A stretch of 64,000 nucleotides of DNA from contig DJKT01000001.1 in NCBI GenBank assembly GCA_002436205.1, positions 4,055 to 68,054 on the forward strand. The letters are read 5' to 3'. How positions within the stretch are numbered: the first letter of the stretch is position 1; each line of letters starts with the position of its first letter. The notes under the pieces were generated by a model. That model ran no database searches and had not been told where the DNA came from. It was given only the letters and a program-made list of their open reading frames with translations. Both the position numbers and the translations under genes were made by a program. This stretch comes from Candidatus Peribacter sp. UBA6535 (lineage in GTDB: Bacteria > Patescibacteriota > Gracilibacteria > Peribacterales > Peribacteraceae). This document shows positions 35,450 through 45,700 of this stretch, piece after piece.

Positions 35450-36264
35450 AATTGGATAACAGGATACTGAGAGGGGACCTGCGCTGCATCAACATTCACT
35501 GCTAAAACCATCCCACATCCACCGGTCTTGCTTCCTGCCCCGAGCACCTTGGCAGCTCCACCTTCTTGTTCAATTTTTGTGATCAGACTTTTTGCTTCAT
35601 CTGTAACAACTCCAAGAGATTGCTGTGCAAGATTGTGTTCTTTGAAAATATCAGAAAGGTTTTCATGCTGTTGTAATTTTTTACAACAACTTCCGATGGT
35701 ACGGAGAGGTTCTTCCAGCTCATCTTTGCGTTCGGTTACCCACTCGATCAGCTCCGGTGTTTGCTGATCCGGTTCCCCGGTATCAATCAGTAAAGCTCCT
35801 TTTAAAAGATCATCTGGTAATTCAATCACTTCCGGCTCTGTTCCCTTCTGAAACTTGATCGGTCTCTCATTCCAGATGACTGCAAAGTCGATGCCGCTAT
35901 TTCCGGGATTTACTGCATCCTCAATTTCGAGAGCTTTCTCTTTATCTTCTCCAATCAAACATTTCGTAACAGCAATCAACAAGGCAGTTGAAGCTCCCAT
36001 GCCTTTACCGAGGGGGAGTGGACTATTGATAGAAAGTGTTCCACCAAATGTACCGCAATGGCTAATGATCTGCTTGAGATACTCTTGCCAGTGAGGCTTT
36101 CCGGTCATTTGCTGCCACTCCACTGAAAGATCCTTTATCTCTGAGTTTTCTTCATAGACTGCAGAAATACCAAGTGGAGCGGGGATTGCTATTCCCGGGT
36201 ACCCGAAGAGTACGGCGTATTCACCGGAGAGGATGATCTTTCCTGATGCATGAGCAGTTCTCAT
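35446..36264 (-). CDS. mvk: Mevalonate kinase (short GHMP kinase)
   Basis: ORF trimmed to ATG 36264, which overlaps the uppS stop (ATGA). It has GKIILSGEYAVLFG and PLGKGMGASTA GHMP motifs. 272 aa. Confidence 0.8.
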   Translation of the reverse strand: MRTAHASGKIILSGEYAVLFGYPGIAIPAPLGISAVYEENSEIKDLSVEWQQMTGKPHWQEYLKQIISHCGTFGGTLSINSPLPLGKGMGASTALLIAVTKCLIGEDKEKALEIEDAVNPGNSGIDFAVIWNERPIKFQKGTEPEVIELPDDLLKGALLIDTGEPDQQTPELIEWVTERKDELEEPLRTIGSCCKKLQQHENLSDIFKEHNLAQQSLGVVTDEAKSLITKIEQEGGAAKVLGAGSKTGGCGMVLAVNVDAAQVPSQYPVIQL

Positions 36265-36932
36265 TCTCCAAACCTGCGGGTACGATCTGCAAACTTTCCA
36301 ACGGAATCTGATAAATCCTCCACAGTAAAGTCTGGGAAGAACTTGTCGACAAAATCCCACTCGGCATACGTTGCTTGCCAGAGGAAGAAGTTTGAGGTGC
36401 GATGCTCTCCTGAGGTTCGGATGATGAGATCAATATCAGAAAGCTCCGGATGATCGAGCGCAGCTGCTATTGCTTCTTCGCTGACGTCATCAGTTTTACT
36501 GAGTGCTCTTACTACTTCATCCTTCCCACCGTAATCGATAGCGAGGTGCAGAGTGAATCCTGTTTGGTCTTTGGTTTCCTCTTCTACTACAGCAATCAAT
36601 TTGGCAAGTGAAGAGGGGATCCGGTCTTTTCTTCCGGAGTGCACGAAGCGGGTTTGATTCTCCAAAAACGTAGAGCGCTCTTTGGCGAGGTACTCTTCCA
36701 GTAGCCCCATCAACATATCAATTTCCTTTGGGTCACGTTTCCAGTTTTCAGTCGAAAAACACCAGACGGTAAGAGTATGTACTCTTTTGTCTTCCCGACA
36801 CCAGTCTGTCAGTGTACGAAAATTCTCGACGGCTACTTTGTGCCCCTCCCAGGGTTTGAGTGTACGAGACTTTGCCCAACGCCTGTTGCCATCGGGAATG
36901 ATGGCGATGTGAAGAGGGTTATCTGGCATCAA
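36261..36932 (-). CDS. uppS: Isoprenyl transferase (undecaprenyl-diphosphate synthase family)
   Basis: IAIIPDGNRRWAK, FSTENWKR and IRTSGEHRTSNFFLWQ motifs. Confidence 0.93.
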   Translation of the reverse strand: MMPDNPLHIAIIPDGNRRWAKSRTLKPWEGHKVAVENFRTLTDWCREDKRVHTLTVWCFSTENWKRDPKEIDMLMGLLEEYLAKERSTFLENQTRFVHSGRKDRIPSSLAKLIAVVEEETKDQTGFTLHLAIDYGGKDEVVRALSKTDDVSEEAIAAALDHPELSDIDLIIRTSGEHRTSNFFLWQATYAEWDFVDKFFPDFTVEDLSDSVGKFADRTRRFGE

Positions 36933-37440
36933 GAATTATCTGGAGTGCCAGAGGAAACCATGGAGCGTACAAATCAGGATTCTCTTCTAAGTCTTTTTCA
37001 AGCTCATCAATCTCTATCCACTTCATATCCATGATTTCACTCGGATCGGGATTGAGTTCGATAGATTCATCAGCAGTCCCCACTAGCACCGTATCGTATT
37101 CGTACTCTGTTCCTCGCCCCTCAGGGTCGTCTGCTTTATAGATAAACGAGTCTACTGCCTCTACTCCTGCCCGGAATCCACACTCTTCTTTAAGGCGATC
37201 GGAAGCCTCTATTTCTATATCAAACTTCTCTTTGGGGTGGCTACAGCAGGTATTTGCCCAAAACCCCGGAAAGAGCATCTTTACAGAGGCGCGCCTCTGA
37301 ATCAGCAATTTCTGGTGATCAGGGGTAAATATGAAGACAGAGAAGGCTTTGTGGAGCTTTCCCCCCTCTGTGTGAGCTTCGATAATTTCGGACTTTCCGA
37401 GGCTTTGACCCTGTTCATTGGTGAGTATGACTGATTTCAT
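36919..37440 (-). CDS. idi: Isopentenyl-diphosphate delta-isomerase, type 1 (Nudix)
   Basis: LHKAFSVFIF...LLIQRRASVK..FPGFWANTCCSHP pattern. 173 aa. Confidence 0.88.
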   Translation of the reverse strand: MKSVILTNEQGQSLGKSEIIEAHTEGGKLHKAFSVFIFTPDHQKLLIQRRASVKMLFPGFWANTCCSHPKEKFDIEIEASDRLKEECGFRAGVEAVDSFIYKADDPEGRGTEYEYDTVLVGTADESIELNPDPSEIMDMKWIEIDELEKDLEENPDLYAPWFPLALQIILDAR

Positions 37441-37479
37441 GGGTTTATTATACCACTAAAATACGCTATAATAGTTCTA

Positions 37480-38535
37480 ATGGAGCAAATAACACAGATT
37501 CTAGCATATCAGATTGGTGGAAACACCGTAAGTCAACTCGCAATAGCGGTTGGTATCTTCTTGGCGATTTTTGTCGCTATGAAAATAACCAGAAAGCATG
37601 TTGTTGGTCGAATGATAAAACTTTCGAAGAAAACAAGCTCTAAGGTCGATGATACGGTTTCGGCTTTTCTTGGAGGTATTAAAACGCCGATTTATCTACT
37701 TGTTGCCCTGTTTGTCGCTTTGCAAGGTATAGAAGTACCGGAATCACTCAATCTGATTATTGATATTGTCATTTTGGTGGTAGTTGTTTCTCAGGTTATT
37801 AAGCTCCTTGAGGAGGTGTTTGCCATGATGCTTGGCGTTCAGTTTAAGCGTACTAATCCAAACTCCGAGCTCCCTGGTATTTTCCGTGTTGGTATTCGGC
37901 TTCTACTGTGGTCCATAGGAATTTTGCTGATTCTCTCTAATGCAGGAGTAAATATCTCCTCGCTTATTGCAGGTCTTGGTATTGGAGGTTTAGCGATTTC
38001 TCTTGCGCTCCAAAACATCCTCTCAGATCTCTTTGCTTCATTCTCTATCGCAGTCGATAAGCCTTTCGAGATTGGAGACTTTATCATCATTGGAGAGCAC
38101 AAAGGAACCGTAAAACATATTGGCATGAAGACAACTCGCATTACAGCGTTGGAAGGAGAGGAGATTGTCATTTCGAATGCGGAGCTTACTTCTGCTCGTG
38201 TCCAAAACTACAAGAAGATGGAAAAGCGCCGTATCGTCTTTACGTTTGGTTGTACGTACGACACAAAGGCAGATCAAATGGAGAAGATTGCCAAAGATGT
38301 TTCCAAGATTATTGATGATCACAAACTTGCGGAAGTTGATCGTGTGCACTTTAAGCAGTTTGGAGACAGTGATCTTCAGTTTGAGGCGGTCTATTTTATG
38401 CTCACAAGTGACTACGTTGAATATATGGATACGCAGCAGGATATTAATATCCGCCTCATGAAGTACTTTGAGGAGAATGGTCTCGAGATGGCATACCCAA
38501 CACAGACGCTTTTCTTGAAGAAAGAAGAGCAGTAG
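37480..38535 (+). CDS. Small-conductance mechanosensitive channel (MscS family)
   Basis: Three or four N-terminal TMs, then GLGIGGLAISLALQNILSDLFASF...FEIGDFI..G..GTV..IGMKTTRI. Confidence 0.88.
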   Translation: MEQITQILAYQIGGNTVSQLAIAVGIFLAIFVAMKITRKHVVGRMIKLSKKTSSKVDDTVSAFLGGIKTPIYLLVALFVALQGIEVPESLNLIIDIVILVVVVSQVIKLLEEVFAMMLGVQFKRTNPNSELPGIFRVGIRLLLWSIGILLILSNAGVNISSLIAGLGIGGLAISLALQNILSDLFASFSIAVDKPFEIGDFIIIGEHKGTVKHIGMKTTRITALEGEEIVISNAELTSARVQNYKKMEKRRIVFTFGCTYDTKADQMEKIAKDVSKIIDDHKLAEVDRVHFKQFGDSDLQFEAVYFMLTSDYVEYMDTQQDINIRLMKYFEENGLEMAYPTQTLFLKKEEQ

Positions 38536-38615
38536 AAGAAATCGAGATGCAATTACTCGAGTGGAAACAAGTACGCTAGTACGTGTATACTCTCCTCAAC
38601 CTTTTCTCCCTTATT

Positions 38616-39632
38616 ATGCTCGGACTTCAATGTACAGAATCAGCTATTAGAGCTGCTGCTGCAAAAAAAAGTGGACAGTTACTCTCCGTACAAGCAAGAG
38701 CAGAGCAAAAATTAGGAAAAGATATTATCGAAGGCGACATTGTGCAGGACACAGAAAAAGCGATCGAAGCTCTCAAAAAACTGAAGTCTTCGTTAAAGAT
38801 GCGGTCAAGAAAAGTCACACTCTGCTTGTCACCGCGTAGTGTCTACACACACTTGCTTCGTGTACCGAAGGTTCGGTCTGGTCGTTTGACATCTGCCGTA
38901 CAAAAAGAGTTAGAGGCGGTACTTCCAGAGGTTATAGAAGATATGCAGATTCACTTCACGCCAATACGTAGAGATAAAAAAGGAACACGCATTGCAGTAA
39001 CTGCAGTAAAAAAAGATCTTCTTGCTTCCTATAAAGTGTTACTAAAGAAGTCGAAGCTTTCTCTTGGAAACGTTACAACTTCAGCGCTTGCACTCGGAGA
39101 TATGCTAAAGCATGTCGACACATTTCTCTTGGTAAATGCCGAAGATCCAGAGCCAAGTATTGTGGTGTTTTACGGAGGCTTTCCTGTAGATGAGCAGCTT
39201 CTTTCTTCTACGGCTGCACAGACAGTGCTTGCACAAGTACGCAGTCTGCTTGATGAATATAAAGCTGATGACATGCCTGTTCAACATATTGCCGTCCATG
39301 CTTCAAAAGAGTTCTTTGCAAAGATCGAGCAAGGGTTTCTTCCAAAGAAAGCAAAAGAGAAGAAAGAGGAGATAGAAGATGCTGTGACAGTAGAGCACGT
39401 ACTTCCAGGTTTAAAAAAGGCAGACCTCGTCTGGGGTGGATTGATAGCATCCTCACTAGGAAAAGGTTTGGATGTACGCAAAAGTGCATCTTCGTTTTCT
39501 TTTCTCCAATGTGTTCTCTTAGGAGCATTTGTTACTGCTGCTGGCTATTTTGTATGGGTAATTGGTAACGCACAGATCATGGGTCTTTGGGCAGAAATAC
39601 AGTCATTTTTCCCTATCGTTTTTAAGCTCTAA
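38616..39632 (+). CDS. PilM-like (actin-fold) pilus-assembly protein with a C-terminal TM segment
   Basis: The N-terminal layout resembles PilM (LGLQ..SAIRAA...G.I.D...A...LK......KVTLCLSPRSVY..LLRVPKV...L..AV..E). A hydrophobic helix lies near the C-terminus. Weak assignment. Confidence 0.45.
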   Translation: MLGLQCTESAIRAAAAKKSGQLLSVQARAEQKLGKDIIEGDIVQDTEKAIEALKKLKSSLKMRSRKVTLCLSPRSVYTHLLRVPKVRSGRLTSAVQKELEAVLPEVIEDMQIHFTPIRRDKKGTRIAVTAVKKDLLASYKVLLKKSKLSLGNVTTSALALGDMLKHVDTFLLVNAEDPEPSIVVFYGGFPVDEQLLSSTAAQTVLAQVRSLLDEYKADDMPVQHIAVHASKEFFAKIEQGFLPKKAKEKKEEIEDAVTVEHVLPGLKKADLVWGGLIASSLGKGLDVRKSASSFSFLQCVLLGAFVTAAGYFVWVIGNAQIMGLWAEIQSFFPIVFKL

Positions 39633-39826
39633 TAAACAAAACCGCCAACCAATAGAATCAGAAGACGGTGTTTGTTTTTGGCCGTCGAAGATTTGAAGCA
39701 AGCCTCATTTCCAAAACGACACATATATTATAGCAAATTTTACTTAACATTTCAATGGCCATTTTAAGGCAAAATTTAGCAAATATGAGCTGTTTTATGG
39801 CATCGAATTCGCTATGCTGTCTATCC

Positions 39827-40699
39827 ATGGCCTCTCGAAACACTCTTGGCGAGAACTTAGCCGCTATGCTAAAAGGCGGCGTTATTATGGATGTGGTGAA
39901 TGCAGACCAAGCTCAATTAGCCGAAAAAGCAGGGGCGTGCGCGGTTATGGCTCTGGAGCGTGTGCCTGCGGATATTCGTAGAGATGGTGGCGTTGCACGC
40001 ATGAGCGACCCGTTACTTATTAAAGAGATTGCAGCTGCAGTGAGTATTCCTGTTATGGCAAAAGTCCGTATCGGGCACACCACAGAGGCAAAAATCCTCG
40101 AAGCACTTAATGTAGATTTTATCGATGAGAGTGAGGTGCTGACACCTGCAGATCCATTTGATCATATTACAAAGACAGATTTTACAATTCCATTTGTTTG
40201 TGGAGCGACTAACCTTGGAGAAGGGTTGCGTAGAATAAATGAGGGGGCTGCAATGATTCGTACAAAAGGGGAGGCGGGTACAGGAAATGTTGTGGAAGCT
40301 GTGCGTCATCTAAAAATGATTAACAAAGAGATCGCAGGCCTCAAAGAGAAATCCAAAACGGATATGCGTCTGTTTGCGCAGACAGAGCGCATTCCACTAG
40401 AGCTTCTCGAACGTGTGCGCGAGATGCAGAGACTTCCTGTTGTTACGTTTGTTGCCGGCGGTATTGCTACTCCTGCAGATGCTGCTCTTATGATGTCACT
40501 TGGAGCAGAGGGTGTGTTTGTTGGTTCGGGTATCTTTAAGTCGGAAGATCCTGCAAAAACTGCAGTGGCTATAGTGCATGCTACGGTCAATTGGAATGAT
40601 GCGAAGATTGTTACAGAGGCCTCGGAAGGACTCGGTGAAGCTATGGCAGGAAAAGAGATTGAAGAGTTGGAGGTGGTGATGGCTAAGAGAGGACATTAG
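39827..40699 (+). CDS. pdxS: Pyridoxal 5'-phosphate synthase lyase subunit PdxS
   Basis: ORF trimmed to ATG 39827. Motifs [45 protein letters not shown] and [11 protein letters not shown]. Confidence 0.95.
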   Translation: MASRNTLGENLAAMLKGGVIMDVVNADQAQLAEKAGACAVMALERVPADIRRDGGVARMSDPLLIKEIAAAVSIPVMAKVRIGHTTEAKILEALNVDFIDESEVLTPADPFDHITKTDFTIPFVCGATNLGEGLRRINEGAAMIRTKGEAGTGNVVEAVRHLKMINKEIAGLKEKSKTDMRLFAQTERIPLELLERVREMQRLPVVTFVAGGIATPADAALMMSLGAEGVFVGSGIFKSEDPAKTAVAIVHATVNWNDAKIVTEASEGLGEAMAGKEIEELEVVMAKRGH

Positions 40700-40703
40700 G
40701 AGT

Positions 40704-40789
40704 GGATAATGGATAGTGGATAAAGAATGACCAATGACCAATGACCAATGACCAACAACCGACAACTGGCAACCAACAACCAATAACCA
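40704..40789. repeat. 12 consecutive heptamers plus a short interruption: GGATAAT-GGATAGT-GGATAAA ... (ATGACCA)x4-ACAACCG-ACAACTG-GCAACCA-ACAACCA-ATAACCA
   Basis: Spans the pdxS-pdxT spacer and the first 16 codons of pdxT. Four ATGs are spaced 7 nt apart, and only the one at 40741 is in frame. Confidence 0.9.
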
Positions 40790-41325
40790 TTGGAGTACTT
40801 GCTCTTCAGGGAGACTTTGCAGAGCACAAAGCAATGCTTGCAGCATTGAAAATCCGAAGCATCGAAATCCGAAGTACGAAGGATCTTGAAGGGTGTGATG
40901 CTCTCATCATTCCCGGAGGAGAGAGTACGGTGATGATGAAACTCCTTAAAGAGACCGGTCTTGATCAATCGATTATTGATAGGGTGCGATCTGGTATGTC
41001 GATCTTTGGAACGTGTGCTGGAGCGATAGTGCTTTCTGATTCGCATCTAAAGCTGATGGATATATCAGTCGAAAGGAATGCATACGGGTCTCAACTTCAG
41101 AGTTTTTCCGATCAGATAGACATTAAAAACATAGGATCAATCGAAGCTACGTTTATTCGTGCTCCGATAATCACTCATGTAGGTCAAAATGTATCGATTC
41201 TTGCTACCCATAACGATCATCCAGTTTTGGTGCAGCAGGGCAATATCGTTGCTTCAACATTTCATCCTGAGGTGCGGTCTGAAATGGCGATTCATCAGTT
41301 GTTTGTAGGATGTCTTCACTACTGA
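40741..41325 (+). CDS. pdxT: Pyridoxal 5'-phosphate synthase glutaminase subunit PdxT
   Basis: IGVLALQGDF, GTCAGAIVL catalytic-Cys region, and FHPE at the C-terminus. The N-terminal 15 aa (MTNDQQPTTGNQQPI) are encoded by the repeat array. Confidence 0.92.
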   Translation: MTNDQQPTTGNQQPITIGVLALQGDFAEHKAMLAALKIRSIEIRSTKDLEGCDALIIPGGESTVMMKLLKETGLDQSIIDRVRSGMSIFGTCAGAIVLSDSHLKLMDISVERNAYGSQLQSFSDQIDIKNIGSIEATFIRAPIITHVGQNVSILATHNDHPVLVQQGNIVASTFHPEVRSEMAIHQLFVGCLHY

Positions 41326-41340
41326 CTTCATTTCTTATTT

Positions 41341-41364
41341 GTTACTTTTCAGATGAAAAGTAAC
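41341..41364 (+). terminator. Perfect 10-bp hairpin downstream of pdxT (terminator-like)
   Basis: GTTACTTTTC-AGAT-GAAAAGTAAC. The T-rich run lies 5' rather than 3' of the stem, so its function is uncertain. Confidence 0.4.
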
Positions 41365-41614
41365 CAAAAATCTTTGCCACTGATGTGAACGAAGAAATAG
41401 TAAGAGAACAGAGTGTTCGCTCCTCGGCAAAGTCTCCTACGGAGCTTCGCACTTCGTCGCTACAAGGAATATAAATGCTGTATGATCTTCGTTCACACGA
41501 CAGTGGCAGATGGCCTTGCTTCTCTTTAAACAGAGCTCCCTTCTCCTCCGCAGAGGAGAAGGGTCGGGGATGAGGTTGGCTAGCAGTGCAAACCTGTTGT
41601 AATATTTTACAACA

Positions 41615-42700
41615 GTGAGACCTCTATCCATTGCTCAATTCGCAGGCCTAGCATTACTTTTACTGCCATTTTCTACATTAGCGCAGTCTCCTGATACATT
41701 TCCTCAAAAGCAGATTGGTATTTACTTGAATGCGACAAATGCAGGAGATGATGAGTTTGTTGCAGGGGTAATAGATCGCCTTCCAGATCGAGGAATTCCA
41801 GCTTTGGTGTTTGATATAAAAGGGAACTATGTGTATTTCGATAGTCAGTCGGGACTCGCCAATGAGGCAAATCTTGTTGTGTCTCTAATAGATCTCCCTG
41901 CTCTCGTAGAAAAAGCGCATAGTAAAGGGATTTATACGATTGCACGGTACATTGCAGTGCGCGATAAATTTCTCGGTAGAGCATTTCCTCAGACACGTAT
42001 GTCACATCCAGAAACAGGAGTAGCTCTTGATACTGACTGGGTGCATCCGTCACACGAGACAGTTCTGGAATACAACCGTCAGTTGATTGGCGAAATAGCG
42101 AGTGCTGGCGTCGATGAAATCAATCTCGATTATATTCGTTACCCAACAGATAACTTACGTTCGCTTTCTGCAATGTCTACAGGAGAAAAGATCGTGCACC
42201 TCGAAGCGTTTGTTCGCATGGCACGACGTGCTATTGATATGGCAGACAGTGATACAAAGTTAGGGATTAGCACGTACGCAATTCTTGGATGGTATTACGA
42301 CAGTACCATACAAAATATTGGTCAGGATATTGTTCGATTCGCACCATTTGTTGATGTTATTTCTCCCATGGCATATCCACAGACATTCGCATATGGGGCA
42401 TATTTTGACCCTGCTCTCCATCCACGTACAAGGGAGTATTATCTTGTCTCTAGAACTCTCAAAGGTTACATTGAGATATTGGGAGAACATGCATGGAAAT
42501 TGCGACCGTGGATTCAGGGATATTATGTTGATACAGGAGATATGACTGAGCAAATAGCTGCAGTCTACGACTCAGGTCTTTGCGGCTTTACCGTATGGAG
42601 TGCCAGTAATTACTATCAACCGCTGTATAGTTCATTGCGTGCTTTAGAAGTGCCAGATCGTTGCAGTATTACCGAGGAAGTTGCGCAAGTTATTGAATAA
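41615..42700 (+). CDS. Secreted putative glycoside-hydrolase-like TIM-barrel protein (DUF4015/GHL-type)
   Basis: GTG start, signal peptide, and IPALVFDIKGNYVYFDS...GVDEINLDYIRYP pattern. Assignment is from memory of the family signature. Confidence 0.5.
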   Translation: MRPLSIAQFAGLALLLLPFSTLAQSPDTFPQKQIGIYLNATNAGDDEFVAGVIDRLPDRGIPALVFDIKGNYVYFDSQSGLANEANLVVSLIDLPALVEKAHSKGIYTIARYIAVRDKFLGRAFPQTRMSHPETGVALDTDWVHPSHETVLEYNRQLIGEIASAGVDEINLDYIRYPTDNLRSLSAMSTGEKIVHLEAFVRMARRAIDMADSDTKLGISTYAILGWYYDSTIQNIGQDIVRFAPFVDVISPMAYPQTFAYGAYFDPALHPRTREYYLVSRTLKGYIEILGEHAWKLRPWIQGYYVDTGDMTEQIAAVYDSGLCGFTVWSASNYYQPLYSSLRALEVPDRCSITEEVAQVIE

Positions 42701-42780
42701 CCTTTGGGTTCACGTAAGCCTAGCGTGAATAGTAAATATGGAGCACAGTGTATGTCCTCTTTAACATTTCACTCTCTTTT

Positions 42781-45700
42781 ATGAATGCTCTTCGACGTTT
42801 CCTTGTAACATTCCTTACAGGAGTATTGTTATGTAATCCTGCATACGCTTTTGCACAGGATGTACGTGCAGGCATCGACTTCTTTGGGTCGGGGCCGAGT
42901 GAATTTCATGTTGATAGTTTCTTTGATGTTTTTACAGAGCTCGCAGTTCCAGATGTCTTGTGTGATCCTTGTGATGCGATAGAGGCAGAGATTGCGCAAA
43001 AGGAAGCTGAGATAGAGGGGCTAAAAGAAGACCTGGGAACACTGGAGGGTTGGCTGGATGATATTGCTGGTGATATAGAAGATGCTCAGAGCGATTTAGA
43101 AGATGCACAGGCGGATTTGGATGAATTTACCGATCCTCAGAATTACGTAGAGAGCGAAGGGCGTCGGTATGATTCCAGTGATAATGCTGCGATGAATCGC
43201 AGAAATGCAAATCTTTGGGATGCATATAAGGCAGGGGATTTGACGGCACATGAATATAGCGACGAAGTGGGTAAGCCGTATGATGATCCAGACGTTGCCA
43301 AAGAGCTTGAGAAGCTGAAGAAAGAAATTAAGAAAGAAATGGAAGAAGCGGTGAAGGATGCCAAGAGTCAAGTGGAGGATCTCAAAGAGAAGCAGAAAGA
43401 GTGGAACGAACTTGGTGCAGAAATGACTGCAGAGCTTGAAGAGTGTCTCACAAAACTCGAGGAACTTATTAAGGCGCTGGAGGAATGCAAAAAGCAGTGC
43501 AAAAAGGGTAAAGTAAAAATAGAAGATCTCGGCGTTATTCCTGAGGAGCGAGGATTATTCGATAGTTTCTTTGATATCTTTATCGATCTCTTTTCTGGCC
43601 CACCTCTCGTTTTACCGGGCGGTACGGATACCATTGTCGAGAGACTCGATCCCGATGCTCAACCTCCCGGATCAGATACCGTTCCAATAGAACTGGTTGA
43701 GCTGCAGCTACAGTCTTTTGAGCCTGTTGTTGTAGGTCTTAATGATCCTATAAAAATACTTCCTCCTCCAAAGTGTCAGTTGTGTGATCCGCTGGCAAAA
43801 GATATTGCAGCCAAAGAGGCAGCACTTAAGAAGCTCAAGCAGGAACTTGCCAATGCACAGGCAGCATTACTGGTATTGGATGGATTAATTGGCATTGGAG
43901 AAGGCATGCTGGAGGATGCGAAGGAAAATCTGGAAGATCTGCAAAATCCTTCAGATTACGTTGAGAGTGAAGGCCGTCGATACGATAGTTCTGATCATGC
44001 AGCCATGAAGATACGCAATCAGCGTCTGTGGGGAGAGTACAAAGCAGGAAAACTATCTGCACAAGGCCTCTCTGATGAATGGGCAAAGCCATTTGATGAT
44101 CCGGATGTTGCGAAAGAACTTGAGGAGATCAAAAAAGATCTTGCAGAAGAACTTGAGGATGCAATCGATTCTATAGAAGATTCCATTGACACTCTTAAAA
44201 AACAGAAAGCAGATCTTGAAAAGGATATTGAAGACATGAAAAAGGAGATTGCAGAGTGCGAGAAGAAATTAGCTGAGATGCGTCAGAAATATGAGGAATG
44301 TCAGAAGAAGTGCGTAGCAAAAGTTGAGGATGCATTCGATGACTTCTTCGATGATTTGCCTCCTCTGTTTGTAGATGGGTTTGAAAGTGGAGACACTACA
44401 AGGTGGTCACAGGCCATTGGAGATACAGATGATAAAGATGAAGAAGACGAAGAAGACAACGATGATGAGGGATTCCTCTGTGGAACACTTGGACTATTTT
44501 GTCCGTCGGATCCTATTCCGACACTCGGTGCTTTTGCAGATTGTGTTGTAGAACGTTCTTCCGATCCATTCTGTACGAATAACTTTGATCAAAACGGAGA
44601 TGGACAGACCAATACAGTAGATATTGAACTTGTAGCACTCTCTTTGGTAAGTACAGAACCTATTACCGTGGGCGGTGAGCTTTGGGATGTCCAAGTCGAT
44701 CTTTCGGGTATGGATGGTAATACCGGTAGTATGAGCATAGAAGATCTTCGCCTGGGAAGTGAGTGTTTCGGTGGTGGACCGTGTGATGGCCTCGGCGTCA
44801 CATTGCCACCAGATCTATCTACAGTACCCCTTGATCTTTCTGGTAATGATTTTCAGCCACAACTATCAGGAGGAAATGATGTATTATTAGGAGATCCACT
44901 TTCTGATGATTTCATTGGTGTTGGCGGTGTGAATAATGTTGATTTTGCAGATAATCCTATTCCTGCTGACTTCTTTGGTCCAGGCAGTGCTCCATTTGAT
45001 GGAACAGTTGATTTGCTTCCTTTTGGTGCGCCAGGTCCTGGGTCGGATCTGCCGCCACTTGTTCTTCCAGATCCGGTGCAACCACCACCTGAGCAAGTGC
45101 CACAGGCTGTCAAAGACCTGATTGCTAAGATCATTCGTGATAATCCTTTGGGTCCCTGTGAGCAGTTGATTATCAATGTTCGACGTATCCGCATTGGAAA
45201 CAGAGTTTCGTATACAGTGACTGCCACAAGAACACGAGATGAGTCTGCCTGTCCACCTGCAGTTTGCCCTCCGCAGACACATTTCCAGTCTATTGGGACT
45301 GGTTGTGATGCTTGCCAAAATGGCAATGCCGGATGCACCGTAATTGAAACCCTGCCGGATGGAACGAATTGTATGTTGTGTGCTCCACCATCCGATGATC
45401 AGGATGATATAGACCTAGATGATGGTGATGGATATGAAAATGATGGTGGCGGAGATGACTTGTGTGAGGACATTAGCTGTGATGATGGAGACGAATGTAC
45501 GGAAGACGAATGTGATCCGGAGACTGGCGAATGTCATAACACCCCCATTGATGGATGTGGTGATCCGGTCTTCGATTGCAGTAATAATGATTTGCTACCA
45601 TTTGATAGTAAGACCGAGTGCCAGGCCGGTAGTCCGCTTTGCCCTTCCAGCACTGCTGAATGCCAAAGTCACAGTACACCAAACGGCACGTGTTGGGGTT

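Noticed and set aside
35446-36264. Considered whether the single GHMP kinase could be phosphomevalonate kinase, which would leave mevalonate kinase as the missing step.
   Set aside because: Its short length (272 aa) and N-terminal GKIILSGEYAVLFG motif fit archaeal-type mevalonate kinases better than ERG8-type PMKs. This cannot be fully excluded without a profile search, and either way one kinase is missing from the operon.
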